Below, one piece after another: positions 37,847 through 48,487 of a stretch of 64,000 nucleotides of DNA. This DNA is from a candidate division CPR3 bacterium GWF2_35_18 (GTDB lineage: Bacteria > Patescibacteriota > CPR3 > GWF2-35-18), in assembly GCA_001771135.1 (NCBI GenBank), contig MESW01000003.1:136719-200718 (forward strand), read 5' to 3'. Position 1 is the first letter of the stretch. Every line of letters starts with the position of its first letter. A model generated the notes under the pieces. It was given only the letters and a program-made list of their open reading frames with translations, searched no databases and was not told the origin of the DNA. Position numbers and translations under genes: made by a program.

Positions 37847-38458
37847 ATGCTCGAACCAGAAAATAAACAATACGAAGTCAAAAAACCATCTTCCAAAACA
37901 GCTTATAGAATTTTAGGCGAATTCTTTTTAGATCTCGCGGAAACTTTTATTATAGCCATCGGTCTCTTTATTATTATTTATAATTTTCTTGTTCAACCAA
38001 ACTCGGTAATTGGATCTTCAATGGAACCCAATTTTGAAGATGGTGAATATATCTTAACGGATAGATTATCTTATCGTCTCCGCGAACCAAAAAGGGGAGA
38101 AGTGGTTGTTTTCAAATATCCTAAAGATGAAACACTCGATTATATTAAAAGAATTATTGCTCTACCCGGAGAAAGAGTTTTAATTGAAAACAATACCGTC
38201 ACTATTTTTAATGGACAGAATCCAAAAGGTTTTAAGCTTGATGAAAGCTATTTGGCTGATTATATCGATACTCAAGGTGGAATAATTTTTCCAGAAGGAA
38301 AGGAAACCGTTGTTCCTAATGATGCTTATTTTGTAATGGGAGATAATCGACCAAGAAGCTCTGATTCTAGATCCTGGGGAACAGTTCCTAAGACTGATCT
38401 CATTGGAAGAGTTATCTTTAGATATTGGCCTTTTGACAAGCTGGGATTAGTTAAGTAA
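37847..38458 (+). CDS. lepB: signal peptidase I
   Basis: GSSMEP (Ser), YIKRII (Lys), MGDNRPRSSDSR. Confidence 0.95.
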   Translation: MLEPENKQYEVKKPSSKTAYRILGEFFLDLAETFIIAIGLFIIIYNFLVQPNSVIGSSMEPNFEDGEYILTDRLSYRLREPKRGEVVVFKYPKDETLDYIKRIIALPGERVLIENNTVTIFNGQNPKGFKLDESYLADYIDTQGGIIFPEGKETVVPNDAYFVMGDNRPRSSDSRSWGTVPKTDLIGRVIFRYWPFDKLGLVK

Positions 38459-38470
38459 AAGGAAACTCTT

Positions 38471-39286
38471 TTAAGACTTTGTCAGTCTTCCGTAAAATTC
38501 CTCAAAAACATCATCATCTTGAAATTTTAATACCAATTTTATTTGACGTCTTGATTTTGTGATACTTACCCTGGTTTTGTTATACATTTCGGTTAGCTCT
38601 TTTTCCATATCTTTGGTTTTTTTATCAGTTTTCCACATTGTAGGTCGACCATAACCACGCTCAATTTCTCCTTCTTCCCCAAGACGACGAGCTAGCTCTT
38701 CAATTTGATGAACGGAATAATTTTCTCTCAAAATTTTAGTCGTAAAAACCTGCACCATCATTTCTGGGGTACGTAGATGTAATAACGCCTCCGCCATACT
38801 GGTAGAAAGAGTATTACTTAAAACTGCATCTTTAATAATATCTGGAAGTTTAAGCATTCTGATAGTATTACTTACGGAAGCTCGAGAAACTCCTAACTGT
38901 CTTGCCATCTGTTCGTGTGTCATTCCAAACTCTTCATTCAATCTTTTGTAACCCGAGGCTTTCTCAAAAATCGAAAGATCTTCTCTCTGTAGGTTTTCGA
39001 CTATCGCTAAAAGAAGCATTTCCGTCGGATCGACTTCTTTAATAATCGCCTGTACTTTGGTAAGTCCAGCAATTTTTGAAGCGCGCCATCGACGTTCACC
39101 GGCAATAATTTGATAACCAGCAGGGGTATGAGCAACAATGAGAGGTTCAAGAAGTCCATGTGTTCGAATAGATTCGGCTAGTTCCATTAGAGATTCTGAA
39201 GGAATAGATCCACGTGGTTGTAAAGGATTCGGCTGTAAAAGGTCTAAATCAATTTCAACTACCTTTCCAAAATCTATTTTGGCCAT
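38471..39286 (-). CDS. parB: ParB/Spo0J partition protein
   Basis: NPLQPR, IIAGERRWRA, ENLQREDL, HTH. Confidence 0.94.
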   Translation of the reverse strand: MAKIDFGKVVEIDLDLLQPNPLQPRGSIPSESLMELAESIRTHGLLEPLIVAHTPAGYQIIAGERRWRASKIAGLTKVQAIIKEVDPTEMLLLAIVENLQREDLSIFEKASGYKRLNEEFGMTHEQMARQLGVSRASVSNTIRMLKLPDIIKDAVLSNTLSTSMAEALLHLRTPEMMVQVFTTKILRENYSVHQIEELARRLGEEGEIERGYGRPTMWKTDKKTKDMEKELTEMYNKTRVSITKSRRQIKLVLKFQDDDVFEEFYGRLTKS

Positions 39287-39327
39287 GTAAAACTCCTTTA
39301 ATTTAATTAAAAAGTGAACATCAGATA

Positions 39328-39582
39328 CTAATTGTTGATTATTACATCAACATATTGTTTACCATATAGCTTACGGAAACGAACCACACCATCTTTTAAG
39401 GCAAAAGCTGTAAAATCTTTTCCCAGAGAAACATTCTCTCCAGCATAGTATTTTGTACCTCTTTGACGCAAGATAATGTTACCTGCTCTAACCGTTTCTC
39501 CACCATATTTTTTTACCCCCAACATCTTGGGGTTCGAATCACGACCACTTTTTACACTGCCACCACCTTTTTTATGAGCCAT
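39328..39582 (-). CDS. rpmA: 50S ribosomal protein L27
   Basis: MAHKKGGGS...[12 protein letters not shown]. Confidence 0.98.
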   Translation of the reverse strand: MAHKKGGGSVKSGRDSNPKMLGVKKYGGETVRAGNIILRQRGTKYYAGENVSLGKDFTAFALKDGVVRFRKLYGKQYVDVIINN

Positions 39583-39624
39583 TTTTCCTCCAAAAGTTAA
39601 CTATAAATAAATTAAACTAATAGA

Positions 39625-39933
39625 CTATATTTTGTTAATTTTAATCTTTGTTTTCAACTGTCTGTGTCCCGCTTTTCGGCGATAACGAGATTTTGACTTG
39701 TATTTATAAATATAGAGTTTATCAGCCTTAGTCTGCTCTTCAATTTGAGCCAAAACTTTTTTACCTTCAAGATAAGGAGTTCCTACAGAAACTTCTTCTC
39801 CATCAACAATCATAAGGACTTTATCAAAGGTAAGCTCTAAACCCTTTTCGCCTTCGACTTTTTCGGTTTCAATAATTTGACCTTCGGCCACTTGGAATTG
39901 ATTTCCAGATGTTTCTATTACTGCATATTTCAT
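39625..39933 (-). CDS. rplU: 50S ribosomal protein L21
   Basis: YAVIETSGNQFQV...GHRQ. Confidence 0.97.
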   Translation of the reverse strand: MKYAVIETSGNQFQVAEGQIIETEKVEGEKGLELTFDKVLMIVDGEEVSVGTPYLEGKKVLAQIEEQTKADKLYIYKYKSKSRYRRKAGHRQLKTKIKINKI

Positions 39934-40061
39934 GTTATTCCTTTATAAATTAGCTCATTAAATACTTGCATAGTTTAAGACATCAACGAATTTCTGTCAA
40001 CCCTATGAATCGGGAATAAAGTACTTAATGCCTACTTTCTATAAATTGGTATTTACTTATC

Positions 40062-41156
40062 CTATTTTCCGTATTTTACCACAGACTGCATAATTCCTAA
40101 AGCAATCATGCACGCAAGCAAGGAACTTCCTCCATAAGAAATAAAGGGAAGAGGAATTCCGGTAATCGGCATAATCCCCAAGTTCATCCCAATATTGACA
40201 AGTATTTGGAAAGTAAACCAACAAAAAACTCCGACTCCAACTAATTTCCCATACTTATCTTCGCTATTTTTAATTATCTGTAATAAACTCATTAACAAAA
40301 TAACAAACAAAGCAATTAAAATAAATATTCCTACGAAACCCATCTCTTCGCTTAAGGTTGCAAAAATAAAATCGGTTTGTCTCTCGGGTAAAAATTGCAG
40401 TTTTGACTGAGTTCCTCTTCCCCAACCCAAACCCATAAATTGACCTGAACCGATTGCAATAATTGACTGTAAAATAGCGTACCCACTTCCCAGAGGATCA
40501 TGTTGTGGATTTAAGAATACCAAAATCCGCTCCTTCTGATAATCTTTGAGTAAGAACCATCCTCCCGGAAGCATGAGCAAGGAAGACAGTAAAATTATTA
40601 AGAATTCACCTAAACTCATGCCTGCGAAGTAATACATCCCAAACCAAATGATAACTGAAACAATACTTGTCCCTAGATCTGGTTGGATAAAAACTAAACC
40701 CATGACAATTCCCGTAAGAAGTATCGACCCTAAAAAATAAATCACTCGAGGAAGTCGAAACCGATATTTGATCAGAAAAGCTGCCAAGAATAAAATAAAA
40801 AGAATCTTTGTTATCTCTGAAGGTTGAAATGAAGTAAAACCCAAATCTATCCATCGAACTGCCCCATGAGAAATATATCCCAAGACAGGAACCAAAGCTA
40901 AAAGAACAATAATTATAATCAGAATAGGAATAAAAAGATGAAAATAAAACCGATAATCAAGCTGTGAAAATATAAAGAAACAAGCCATTCCAATGGTAAT
41001 ATTCAGCAAATGCCCAACAAATAATTTGTTCTCCAAAGGACTAACGTCTTTAGAAATAACGGTACTTAGAATCATCATCGTCCCATAAACAATAAGTAAC
41101 GTCATTGATAGAAATAAAATCCAGTTAAAATTTGAGAAAATCGCTTTCCGCTCCAT
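40062..41156 (-). CDS. rodA: SEDS peptidoglycan polymerase RodA
   Basis: FQPSE, QPDLGT, DPLGSGY, FLPERQTDFIF, GIPLPFISYGGS. Confidence 0.9.
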   Translation of the reverse strand: MERKAIFSNFNWILFLSMTLLIVYGTMMILSTVISKDVSPLENKLFVGHLLNITIGMACFFIFSQLDYRFYFHLFIPILIIIIVLLALVPVLGYISHGAVRWIDLGFTSFQPSEITKILFILFLAAFLIKYRFRLPRVIYFLGSILLTGIVMGLVFIQPDLGTSIVSVIIWFGMYYFAGMSLGEFLIILLSSLLMLPGGWFLLKDYQKERILVFLNPQHDPLGSGYAILQSIIAIGSGQFMGLGWGRGTQSKLQFLPERQTDFIFATLSEEMGFVGIFILIALFVILLMSLLQIIKNSEDKYGKLVGVGVFCWFTFQILVNIGMNLGIMPITGIPLPFISYGGSSLLACMIALGIMQSVVKYGK

Positions 41157-41243
41157 AATTGTATTATACTCAAATAATTCTAATTTGAAACTTAAGATAT
41201 TTTTAAATACTCCACTGTCTATCTAAAACATGTGAATTATCAA

Positions 41244-41281
41244 AGGGGATGAAATATAGTGATCACCATATTTCATCCCCT
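41244..41281 (-). terminator. long inverted repeat after ileS
   Basis: Perfect 14-bp AGGGGATGAAATAT/ATATTTCATCCCCT; short U-tail. Confidence 0.6.
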
Positions 41282-41302
41282 CATATTTTTCTTCCTAAAT
41301 AT

Positions 41303-44300
41303 TTACTTACATATCTCAATGCTCAGCAAAATCTTCACGTTATTCAAAACTTTTTCAGCGGAAAGGATATTCTGTTTCTTCCCAGAGATTAATTCTATGC
41401 CTAAAACCTGTTTTTTTATCTCCTTACCATATTTGGTAAAAATCATCGCTAAATCTTTTTCAGTTTCGTAGTAAACGTTAATTCTATCGTTAAATCCGCA
41501 CTTTAATTCTTTGCGCATCTCCTGAATAAAACGAATAATCTCTCGCATAGCTCCTTCTTGTCTCAATTTCTCGGTCAGTTTCAGATCTAATTTCACCACT
41601 AAATCGCCTTTTCCCTTTTGATATTTTACCTTTTTGACGTTCAATTCTTCTTTAAGAAGTTCTTCAAACTCCGAACTTAATTTCTTATCTTTTGTTATAT
41701 AACTAACCAGAGAAAGAGGTTGTCGTACTTTAATTTTTTTCTCTTTTCGTACTGCATGACCTTGCTCCACAATCTCTCTGACTAACGCCATCTTGATAAT
41801 TAAATCATCATGTAAATCATCTTCATTCACGATTGGCCATGATTCCAAATGGACTGATTCTTTTCCAGTTAAATTTTGGTATATCTGATCTGGGAAAAAA
41901 GGCATAAAAGGCGACAGTAATCGCATCAAGGTAATTAAGGTTTGATGCATTGTAGCGTAAAAAGAGTCTTTATCATCCCTATTAACTGAAGCTGGCCCCA
42001 CTCTTTTTCGACTTCGGCGCAGATACCAAGTCGATAGATCTTGAACAAACTGCTCTATCTCATAAGCAGCAAGATATGCCTGATATTTCTGAATATAATT
42101 AGTAGCCTTAAAAGTCACTTCATCAAGTCTTTGTAAAATCCACTTATCTAAAATACTTAGCTTTGAAGGGTTAATTTTCTTCGGTTCCCAGCTATCCAAA
42201 TTTGCGTACGTGATAAAAAATTTATACACATTCCAAATCATTAAATGAAATCTTCGGCGGATTTCGTCAGCTACTTTATATCCAAACTTCATATTTTGAA
42301 CGATCGGTTGTAAACTGTACATCCAACGCATCACGTCAACACCAATCTTTTCTGCTGCGTCATCAAACCAAATTGCATTTCCCTTTGACTTATGCATTTC
42401 CTCGCCATGTTCATCTTTTACCGATACGTATCCGAGTAAAGTTTTGTAGGGTGGAGTTTTTTCCAGAACCGTACTCATTGCAATCATGGAATAAAACCAA
42501 TTTTTGAATTGACCTGGAAATGATTCCAAAACTAGATCTGCCGGAAACCATTTTTTCCAATACTGCTGATCACTAGTATAACTCACTTCCTGAGTTTTTG
42601 GATCTACAAGAGTTGAAAAAGTAACAATTCCCGCATCAAGCCATGGATTTCCTACGTCTAGAATTCGAGTAGAGATTTTCCCACATTTAGAGCATTTCAC
42701 CTTTATTCTATCTATCCAAGGTCGATGAGGAGAATTGCCTTCAAATTCTTTCCAACCCGAAATGGCTTTTTCTTGGAGCTCTTTTTTTGAACCGATTACC
42801 GTAACCTCACCACATCTTTCACATTTCCAGAAAGGCAAAGCCAATCCCCAATATCTTTTTTTTGAGATCAACCAATCGTGCATATTATTGAGCCAATCAA
42901 GTTCGCGCTCTAAACCAAAATCAGGAATCCAGGTGATTTTTTTGACCACATCAATCATCTCTTGTCTTAAAGTTCGATTCTGTTTATCACTCGGATCCTT
43001 TCGATCCATAGAGATATACCACTCTTCTACAAGTCTAAAGACAAGCTCTTCCTTACATCTCCAACAGGTTGGGTAACGATGTTTATACTTTTGAACCTTA
43101 TAAAGCAATCCTTTATCTTTTAAAGAGGTAAATATTAACGGGTTTATTTCTTTGACGCTTTGACTGCTTAAAGGTCCGAAGCCTTTTAGATATTTTGCTT
43201 CACTATCAATTGGCGAAATTTGGGCGAATTTCTCTTTTACAGAGAGATCATAGTCTTCTTTTCCACAACCGGGAGCCATATGTACAAGCCCTGTCCCTTC
43301 ATTTGCATTCACTAGCTCCTTGTATGCAAAAACAGTATGAAATCTATGCGGATTCTGTTTCCAGGCTCTTTTCACTTCAGGTAATTCATCAAAAGGACCA
43401 GAATATTCCAAAGAAACTAACTCCTCACCTAAGAATGTCTTCTCTTTGGAAAATTTGTTAACATCAATGTAGTTATGCAAAAAAAGCATCTCTGAAGTTT
43501 CGGAAGAATCAATGAAAATCAATTTTTCTTTACTTTCTTTATTAATATAAAGTGAATATTTCAACTCGGGATGAACGGCAACGGCTACATTAGCCGCTAA
43601 TGTCCAGGGAGTAGTTGTCCAAATAAGTAACGAGGCATCTTCAAACTTCTTATTATTTAGTATCGGAAACTTTACAAATACGGATTCGTGAGTTAGCTGC
43701 TTATACTCCTCGGTCAAGATCTCATGCTGCGAAATTGCCGTTCCGCACCTAGGACACCAAGGAACACTATCCCAACCTTCATAAAGCCAATTGCGTTCAT
43801 GACAGACTTTCAGAAAATGCCAAATCATATAATTATTCTCATCACTCATGGTGAAATAAGAATGATCCCAGTCCATAAAATACCCAAGCCGCTTCGACTG
43901 ATTTGTCTGAATTTCAGAATATTTCCAAACTCTGTCCTTACATTTATTTACAAATTTATCGATTCCATATTTTTCAATGTCTTTTTTGGTTTTAAAGCCT
44001 AACTCTTTTTCTACCTCAACCTCTACCCAAAGTCCCTGGCAATCAAAACCGTTTTGGAATCGCTGTTCATAACCCATCATGTTATAGAATCTTTGATAAA
44101 AATCTTTAAGGGTGCGTCCCCAAGCATGATGCACACCCATAGGATTATTCGCTGTAATTGGACCATCTTGAAAATAAAACTTTTTCTTGGAATCTTTATT
44201 CTTCTCTAAATATTTTTGTACAATATTTTTCTTTTCCCAATAGGAAAGCATTTTATTTTCTAACTCCACGAAATTGGGTTGTGCTTCAACATCTTTAAAT

Positions 44301-44308
44301 GGCATCAT
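41303..44308 (-). CDS. ileS: isoleucine--tRNA ligase (IleRS2-like, no C-terminal Zn finger)
   Basis: DGPITAN, WTTTPWT, GTGLVHMAP, ISKKRYWG, MHKSKGN; Ile T-box upstream. Confidence 0.96.
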   Translation of the reverse strand: MMPFKDVEAQPNFVELENKMLSYWEKKNIVQKYLEKNKDSKKKFYFQDGPITANNPMGVHHAWGRTLKDFYQRFYNMMGYEQRFQNGFDCQGLWVEVEVEKELGFKTKKDIEKYGIDKFVNKCKDRVWKYSEIQTNQSKRLGYFMDWDHSYFTMSDENNYMIWHFLKVCHERNWLYEGWDSVPWCPRCGTAISQHEILTEEYKQLTHESVFVKFPILNNKKFEDASLLIWTTTPWTLAANVAVAVHPELKYSLYINKESKEKLIFIDSSETSEMLFLHNYIDVNKFSKEKTFLGEELVSLEYSGPFDELPEVKRAWKQNPHRFHTVFAYKELVNANEGTGLVHMAPGCGKEDYDLSVKEKFAQISPIDSEAKYLKGFGPLSSQSVKEINPLIFTSLKDKGLLYKVQKYKHRYPTCWRCKEELVFRLVEEWYISMDRKDPSDKQNRTLRQEMIDVVKKITWIPDFGLERELDWLNNMHDWLISKKRYWGLALPFWKCERCGEVTVIGSKKELQEKAISGWKEFEGNSPHRPWIDRIKVKCSKCGKISTRILDVGNPWLDAGIVTFSTLVDPKTQEVSYTSDQQYWKKWFPADLVLESFPGQFKNWFYSMIAMSTVLEKTPPYKTLLGYVSVKDEHGEEMHKSKGNAIWFDDAAEKIGVDVMRWMYSLQPIVQNMKFGYKVADEIRRRFHLMIWNVYKFFITYANLDSWEPKKINPSKLSILDKWILQRLDEVTFKATNYIQKYQAYLAAYEIEQFVQDLSTWYLRRSRKRVGPASVNRDDKDSFYATMHQTLITLMRLLSPFMPFFPDQIYQNLTGKESVHLESWPIVNEDDLHDDLIIKMALVREIVEQGHAVRKEKKIKVRQPLSLVSYITKDKKLSSEFEELLKEELNVKKVKYQKGKGDLVVKLDLKLTEKLRQEGAMREIIRFIQEMRKELKCGFNDRINVYYETEKDLAMIFTKYGKEIKKQVLGIELISGKKQNILSAEKVLNNVKILLSIEICK

Positions 44309-44322
44309 AAACTCCTTTTACT

Positions 44323-44508
44323 AAAAAAACCGCTAAACTTACGCATAAGGGCGAAGTTTCGCGGTACCACCTTAGTTGGTCTACGGAAATTATCACTTAT
44401 AAACCGCAGACTATCTTCTTTAAGCTATTACGGGCTTATCCCGTCAGGTTCTAATATCTTTAAAAGATCTCTTCCTGATACTCCGGAGTGATTACTCTAT
44501 CATCGTGT
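44323..44508 (-). promoter_or_regulatory. Ile T-box riboswitch, ultrashort Stem I, transcriptional
   Basis: AAGGTGGTACCGCG T-box (44373-44360); ATC specifier (44492-44490); Stem II TCAGG..AGAACCTGA; IIA/B ACGGG..CCCGT; terminator with 7 U. Confidence 0.9.
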
Positions 44509-44515
44509 TTTCATT

Positions 44516-44944
44516 CTATTCTTTTTCTGGTAACAAACTACGAGCTAGTTCTTGCCAAGCAGATACCTCTTCATCAATAATGTCTATATTACCACCATGC
44601 TCTGAACTCAATTTTGATCCGATTCTTTCAAGACTCTGAACTCTATTGTGAATAAATGCTACTCTCAGTTGTAAACCCTCTTCTGACTTATCTCTTACTA
44701 ATCGTTCTAACGATTCAGCATAAAAACGATTAATCATTGCTTGATTTGAGGAAATTCCTAAATCAGAACCTAGTTTATCTAGCTCTTCTGCTTTTTCTAA
44801 CGCTTCTTTTGCCGATACCTCCAAATAAACATCAAAGGCTTCACTGCCTCGAAGTAAACCCTTTGAAATCAAACCTTCCAACTCAAACCGATTCATGTTT
44901 CTCATTTTATCGAGAGGAATAGTGTCTTCACCTACTAAATTCAT
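44516..44944 (-). CDS. hypothetical acidic helical protein
   Basis: 142 aa; strong AAGGAGG RBS; directly after ftsZ. Confidence 0.65.
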   Translation of the reverse strand: MNLVGEDTIPLDKMRNMNRFELEGLISKGLLRGSEAFDVYLEVSAKEALEKAEELDKLGSDLGISSNQAMINRFYAESLERLVRDKSEEGLQLRVAFIHNRVQSLERIGSKLSSEHGGNIDIIDEEVSAWQELARSLLPEKE

Positions 44945-44968
44945 AAAACCTCCTTAATTAAAGAAGTG

Positions 44969-46030
44969 TTATTTTCCCTGTCGCATAAAGGTCGGTATAT
45001 CAAACTCATCGTCTTCTTCATCTTTTCTCTTCTCTACGTCTGGCAGAGATTGTACCACATTGGTATAGGTTTTTCGAGGTTCTGAAAATCCTGTTGCAAT
45101 AACTGTAATCCGAATATCATCCTTCATATCTTTATCGATAGCCGCTCCGAAAATAACATTTGCTTCCTGATCAGCAGCTTGAACGATAATTTTTGCGGCC
45201 GCATCGACTTCTAACATGGAAAGATCTTCCCCACCGATAACGTTGAAAAGAATACCCTTTGCTCCATCAATTGATAACTCAAGTAAAGGCGATTCAATAG
45301 CGGCTTTGGCAGCAGCTTCAGCTCGACCTTCACCAGAAGCCTTACCAATACCCATCAGTGCGGAACCAGCATCAGACATGATTGTTTTTACATCGGCAAA
45401 GTCAACATTGATAAGTCCGGGAAGCACAATGAGATCGGAGATTCCTTGAACTCCTTGTCCCAAAACTGAATCTGCTAAACGAAAAGCATCAATTAAAGAC
45501 ATTTTTTTATCAACAATGTCTAGTAATCTTTGATTTGGAATCACAATTAGGGTATCCACATTGTCTTTGAGATTAGAAATTCCTAACTCTGCATTTGATT
45601 TACGGACAGATCCTTCAAAATTAAACGGCTTGGTCACAACACCCACAGTCAAAATACCCATCTCTTTAGCTACACTAGCAATGACTGGAGCACCACCTGT
45701 TCCAGTTCCTCCACCCATTCCCGCCGTAATAAAAACCATATCCGCACCTTCAAGATGTTTCTTAAGATCCTCGTGAGATTCTTCGGCTGCTTTCTGACCC
45801 ATTTCTGGATCCCCCCCTGAACCTAAACCACGAGTTAATTCTCCACCTATTTGAATTTTAGATGGTGCCGGAGAAAGCTCAAGAGCCTGAAGATCAGTGT
45901 TTACTGCAATAAATTCTACTCCTTTTATCTGTTGCCCATTGATCATTGAAGTTAAAGCGTTATTACCGCCACCACCAACACCAATAACCTTAATTTTTGC
46001 CACACGATCAGTCTGTGGTTTTACTAACAT
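44969..46030 (-). CDS. ftsZ: cell division protein FtsZ
   Basis: [23 protein letters not shown]-terminal DIPTFMR. Confidence 0.99.
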   Translation of the reverse strand: MLVKPQTDRVAKIKVIGVGGGGNNALTSMINGQQIKGVEFIAVNTDLQALELSPAPSKIQIGGELTRGLGSGGDPEMGQKAAEESHEDLKKHLEGADMVFITAGMGGGTGTGGAPVIASVAKEMGILTVGVVTKPFNFEGSVRKSNAELGISNLKDNVDTLIVIPNQRLLDIVDKKMSLIDAFRLADSVLGQGVQGISDLIVLPGLINVDFADVKTIMSDAGSALMGIGKASGEGRAEAAAKAAIESPLLELSIDGAKGILFNVIGGEDLSMLEVDAAAKIIVQAADQEANVIFGAAIDKDMKDDIRITVIATGFSEPRKTYTNVVQSLPDVEKRKDEEDDEFDIPTFMRQGK

Positions 46031-46092
46031 AAATCCTCCTTCAGGCAGTATATAATAAAGGTAAAAACAAACTTCTAACTATTACAAATATC

Positions 46093-47406
46093 TTAGGGTA
46101 AAAAAGACTTTACCCAATTTCCGACTTTTCCAAAGACACCCTTTACCTGAGATAAACCAACTCCAATAGGTGCCATTATGGCTTTGTTCCCATCCGATTT
46201 TATTCCGAACAAAATGAGACCTACAGAAGTTGCATAAGCCGGTGATTGAATTTCATCTATAAGACCAGAAACTCCTTCTGGAGAAGCAATTCGCACTGGC
46301 ATCGGCAAAACTTCCTTGGAAAGCTCTTTAAGTCCAATTATCTTTGCGGTTCCTCCAGTAAATACAAGACCAGCTGGCAAATTCTTACTATATCCACTCT
46401 TTTTTATCTCATTTTCAATCAAAACCATGATTTCCTTGAGTCTAGCCTTAATGATTCCATTGACTAAAAATTCATAGGAAACTGATTTAATTTCTGGTAG
46501 ACCTAAATCAGAAATATCTATTTCATCTTCTTTTTTCCGACGATCTTGCTTTTCTTTTCGACTTTCTTTTTTATGGTCATTCAAATCATTACTTTCCGGA
46601 TAGGCAATCTTTTCTTTCTGTTCTCCCAAAAAGATCTTTACTTTTTCAGCTTGATCTAATGAAGTACGCAAACCGATTGCAAGATCATTGGTAATATTTC
46701 TACCACCAATTGGTAACACTGAAGAATAAGCAACTGATCCTTCCACGAAAATATTAATCGAAGTTGTTCCTCCACCGATATCAACTAAAACAACTCCTAA
46801 TTCTTTTTCAGTATCGGAAATAGTAGAATATGACGAAGCTAAAGCTGTGAAGACTAAATCTTCTACGTCTACTCCAACCTGTTGTACACATTTAACTAAG
46901 TTACGCATGGAGGTAGTGGCTCCGGAAACAATATGAGTTTCTACTTCAAGACGCACTCCAGACATTCCAACGGGATCATGAACTCCATCTTGGGAGTCAA
47001 CAATAAAACTACGTGGTAAAACATGAATAATTTCCCGGGATGAAGGAATTGAGATTGCTCTGGCGGCTTCTGTTACCCGCGAAATGTCATCATGTCCAAT
47101 CTCACCTGAAGGATTTGAAATAGCCACGACGCCATGAGAATTAAGCGAAGCGATATGGTTTCCACCCACACTTACAAAAGCTTTTGAGACTGCATATCCG
47201 GCCATTCTTTCTGCTCCTTCTAAAGACATCGAAATCGAATCTACAGCTCTATCAATATCGACAACAACACCTTTTTTGATTCCTTTTGATTCTACTGTGG
47301 AAACACCAATAACTGAGACTTGTTCTTCTTCGGTAACGGAAGCAATAATTGTGGAAACTTTAGAGGTGCCGATATCAATACCGACAACAATTCTTTCTTT
47401 GGCCAT
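46093..47406 (-). CDS. ftsA: cell division protein FtsA
   Basis: GIDIGTSK, DIGGGTT, TGGTAK, C-terminal amphipathic helix. Confidence 0.97.
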   Translation of the reverse strand: MAKERIVVGIDIGTSKVSTIIASVTEEEQVSVIGVSTVESKGIKKGVVVDIDRAVDSISMSLEGAERMAGYAVSKAFVSVGGNHIASLNSHGVVAISNPSGEIGHDDISRVTEAARAISIPSSREIIHVLPRSFIVDSQDGVHDPVGMSGVRLEVETHIVSGATTSMRNLVKCVQQVGVDVEDLVFTALASSYSTISDTEKELGVVLVDIGGGTTSINIFVEGSVAYSSVLPIGGRNITNDLAIGLRTSLDQAEKVKIFLGEQKEKIAYPESNDLNDHKKESRKEKQDRRKKEDEIDISDLGLPEIKSVSYEFLVNGIIKARLKEIMVLIENEIKKSGYSKNLPAGLVFTGGTAKIIGLKELSKEVLPMPVRIASPEGVSGLIDEIQSPAYATSVGLILFGIKSDGNKAIMAPIGVGLSQVKGVFGKVGNWVKSFLP

Positions 47407-47585
47407 AGAAACGACCTTTCATATAATAATTATGTGAGTTAGTATTTACTACTATACCCAAATTATTTTGATTTGTAAATCATCTTACATCCAAATTATT
47501 TCAATCTAAAATCATATAATATTTTGGATGACACTCAATAACATCTTCGTATAAATAAATATAGAAGGTGAGTATGCTTAAGATA

Positions 47586-47613
47586 ATTATACCCGAATTA
47601 CTCCAGTTTGCAA
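47586..47613 (-). promoter_or_regulatory. promoter in ftsQ-ftsA spacer
   Basis: TTGCAA-16 nt-TATAAT; a second TTTACA..TATAGT near 47452-47479. Confidence 0.55.
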
Positions 47614-47670
47614 TTTATTTAAATTGTTGTGAAAATCTATATAGGTATTTGGGTAATTTAATCTGAAAAT

Positions 47671-48474
47671 TTATTCCACGACTACAGGACGATCAAATCT
47701 AAGATCTATTTTCTCGAATGTTTTTCCTTCAATTTTGGCATTTTTCAGAACGACATCAAGAACAGCTATTTGTAAATCAACATCTTTAAAACTACTAAAT
47801 ATAATCTCTAAATTGGTATCTGTTTTGACAACTAAATCATTTTCCCCACTAAAAAGGAAGTTCGTAGGATGTAAATTTAATTTGTTAAACCTAGAAACAG
47901 TAGAAATGGCAAAAGCTACTTTCTCTGAGTTTATACTTCTCCCAATTTGCCACTCAGTCTCAAGGTCTTCGAATAAAGGAGCTTTGATTTGGTCATTAGT
48001 GAGCGCGAAAACATATCCCTTTTGATCTAGGACAAAACTCCCATTTTTTGCTTTTACAATTGCGGCTTGTTTTCTTTCTTTGTACACGACCTTTAGCTCT
48101 TGAGGAAATTTTTTGGTAATTCTAAATTCTTCTAAGGCTGGAAGTTTATCTAAAATTCTTCTTGTCTCACTGTCTTGCGGAAAGGTAAACAAACTAAAGG
48201 TACTCCAATATCGAGACTCATCTTCCAAATCTGTTTGAAGTATTAACTGAGAAGTATTCCCCCCTGTTTCGATTCTTTCGAAAGTTATTATCCTTGCCAA
48301 AAAAATATCCGAACGAAAAAGTAGGTATATACATAAAATAGTTAGAAGCGCGATTAATACGGCTGAAACTGGCTTGAATGGAACAACAATGTTTCTTTTA
48401 CCTACTGAAGAAATAAAAATAGGTGATACTCTTTGGGCACTCACTTTTTTGCGATTAGATAAAGGCAGTCTCAT
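47671..48474 (-). CDS. ftsQ: cell division protein FtsQ/DivIB
   Basis: Single TM, KKFPQELKV, IDLRF; lies between murG and ftsA. Confidence 0.8.
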   Translation of the reverse strand: MRLPLSNRKKVSAQRVSPIFISSVGKRNIVVPFKPVSAVLIALLTILCIYLLFRSDIFLARIITFERIETGGNTSQLILQTDLEDESRYWSTFSLFTFPQDSETRRILDKLPALEEFRITKKFPQELKVVYKERKQAAIVKAKNGSFVLDQKGYVFALTNDQIKAPLFEDLETEWQIGRSINSEKVAFAISTVSRFNKLNLHPTNFLFSGENDLVVKTDTNLEIIFSSFKDVDLQIAVLDVVLKNAKIEGKTFEKIDLRFDRPVVVE

Positions 48475-48487
48475 GGAATTTAATTAT

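Noticed and set aside
44279-44491. 70-aa ORF upstream of ileS
   Set aside because: It is antisense to the T-box leader.
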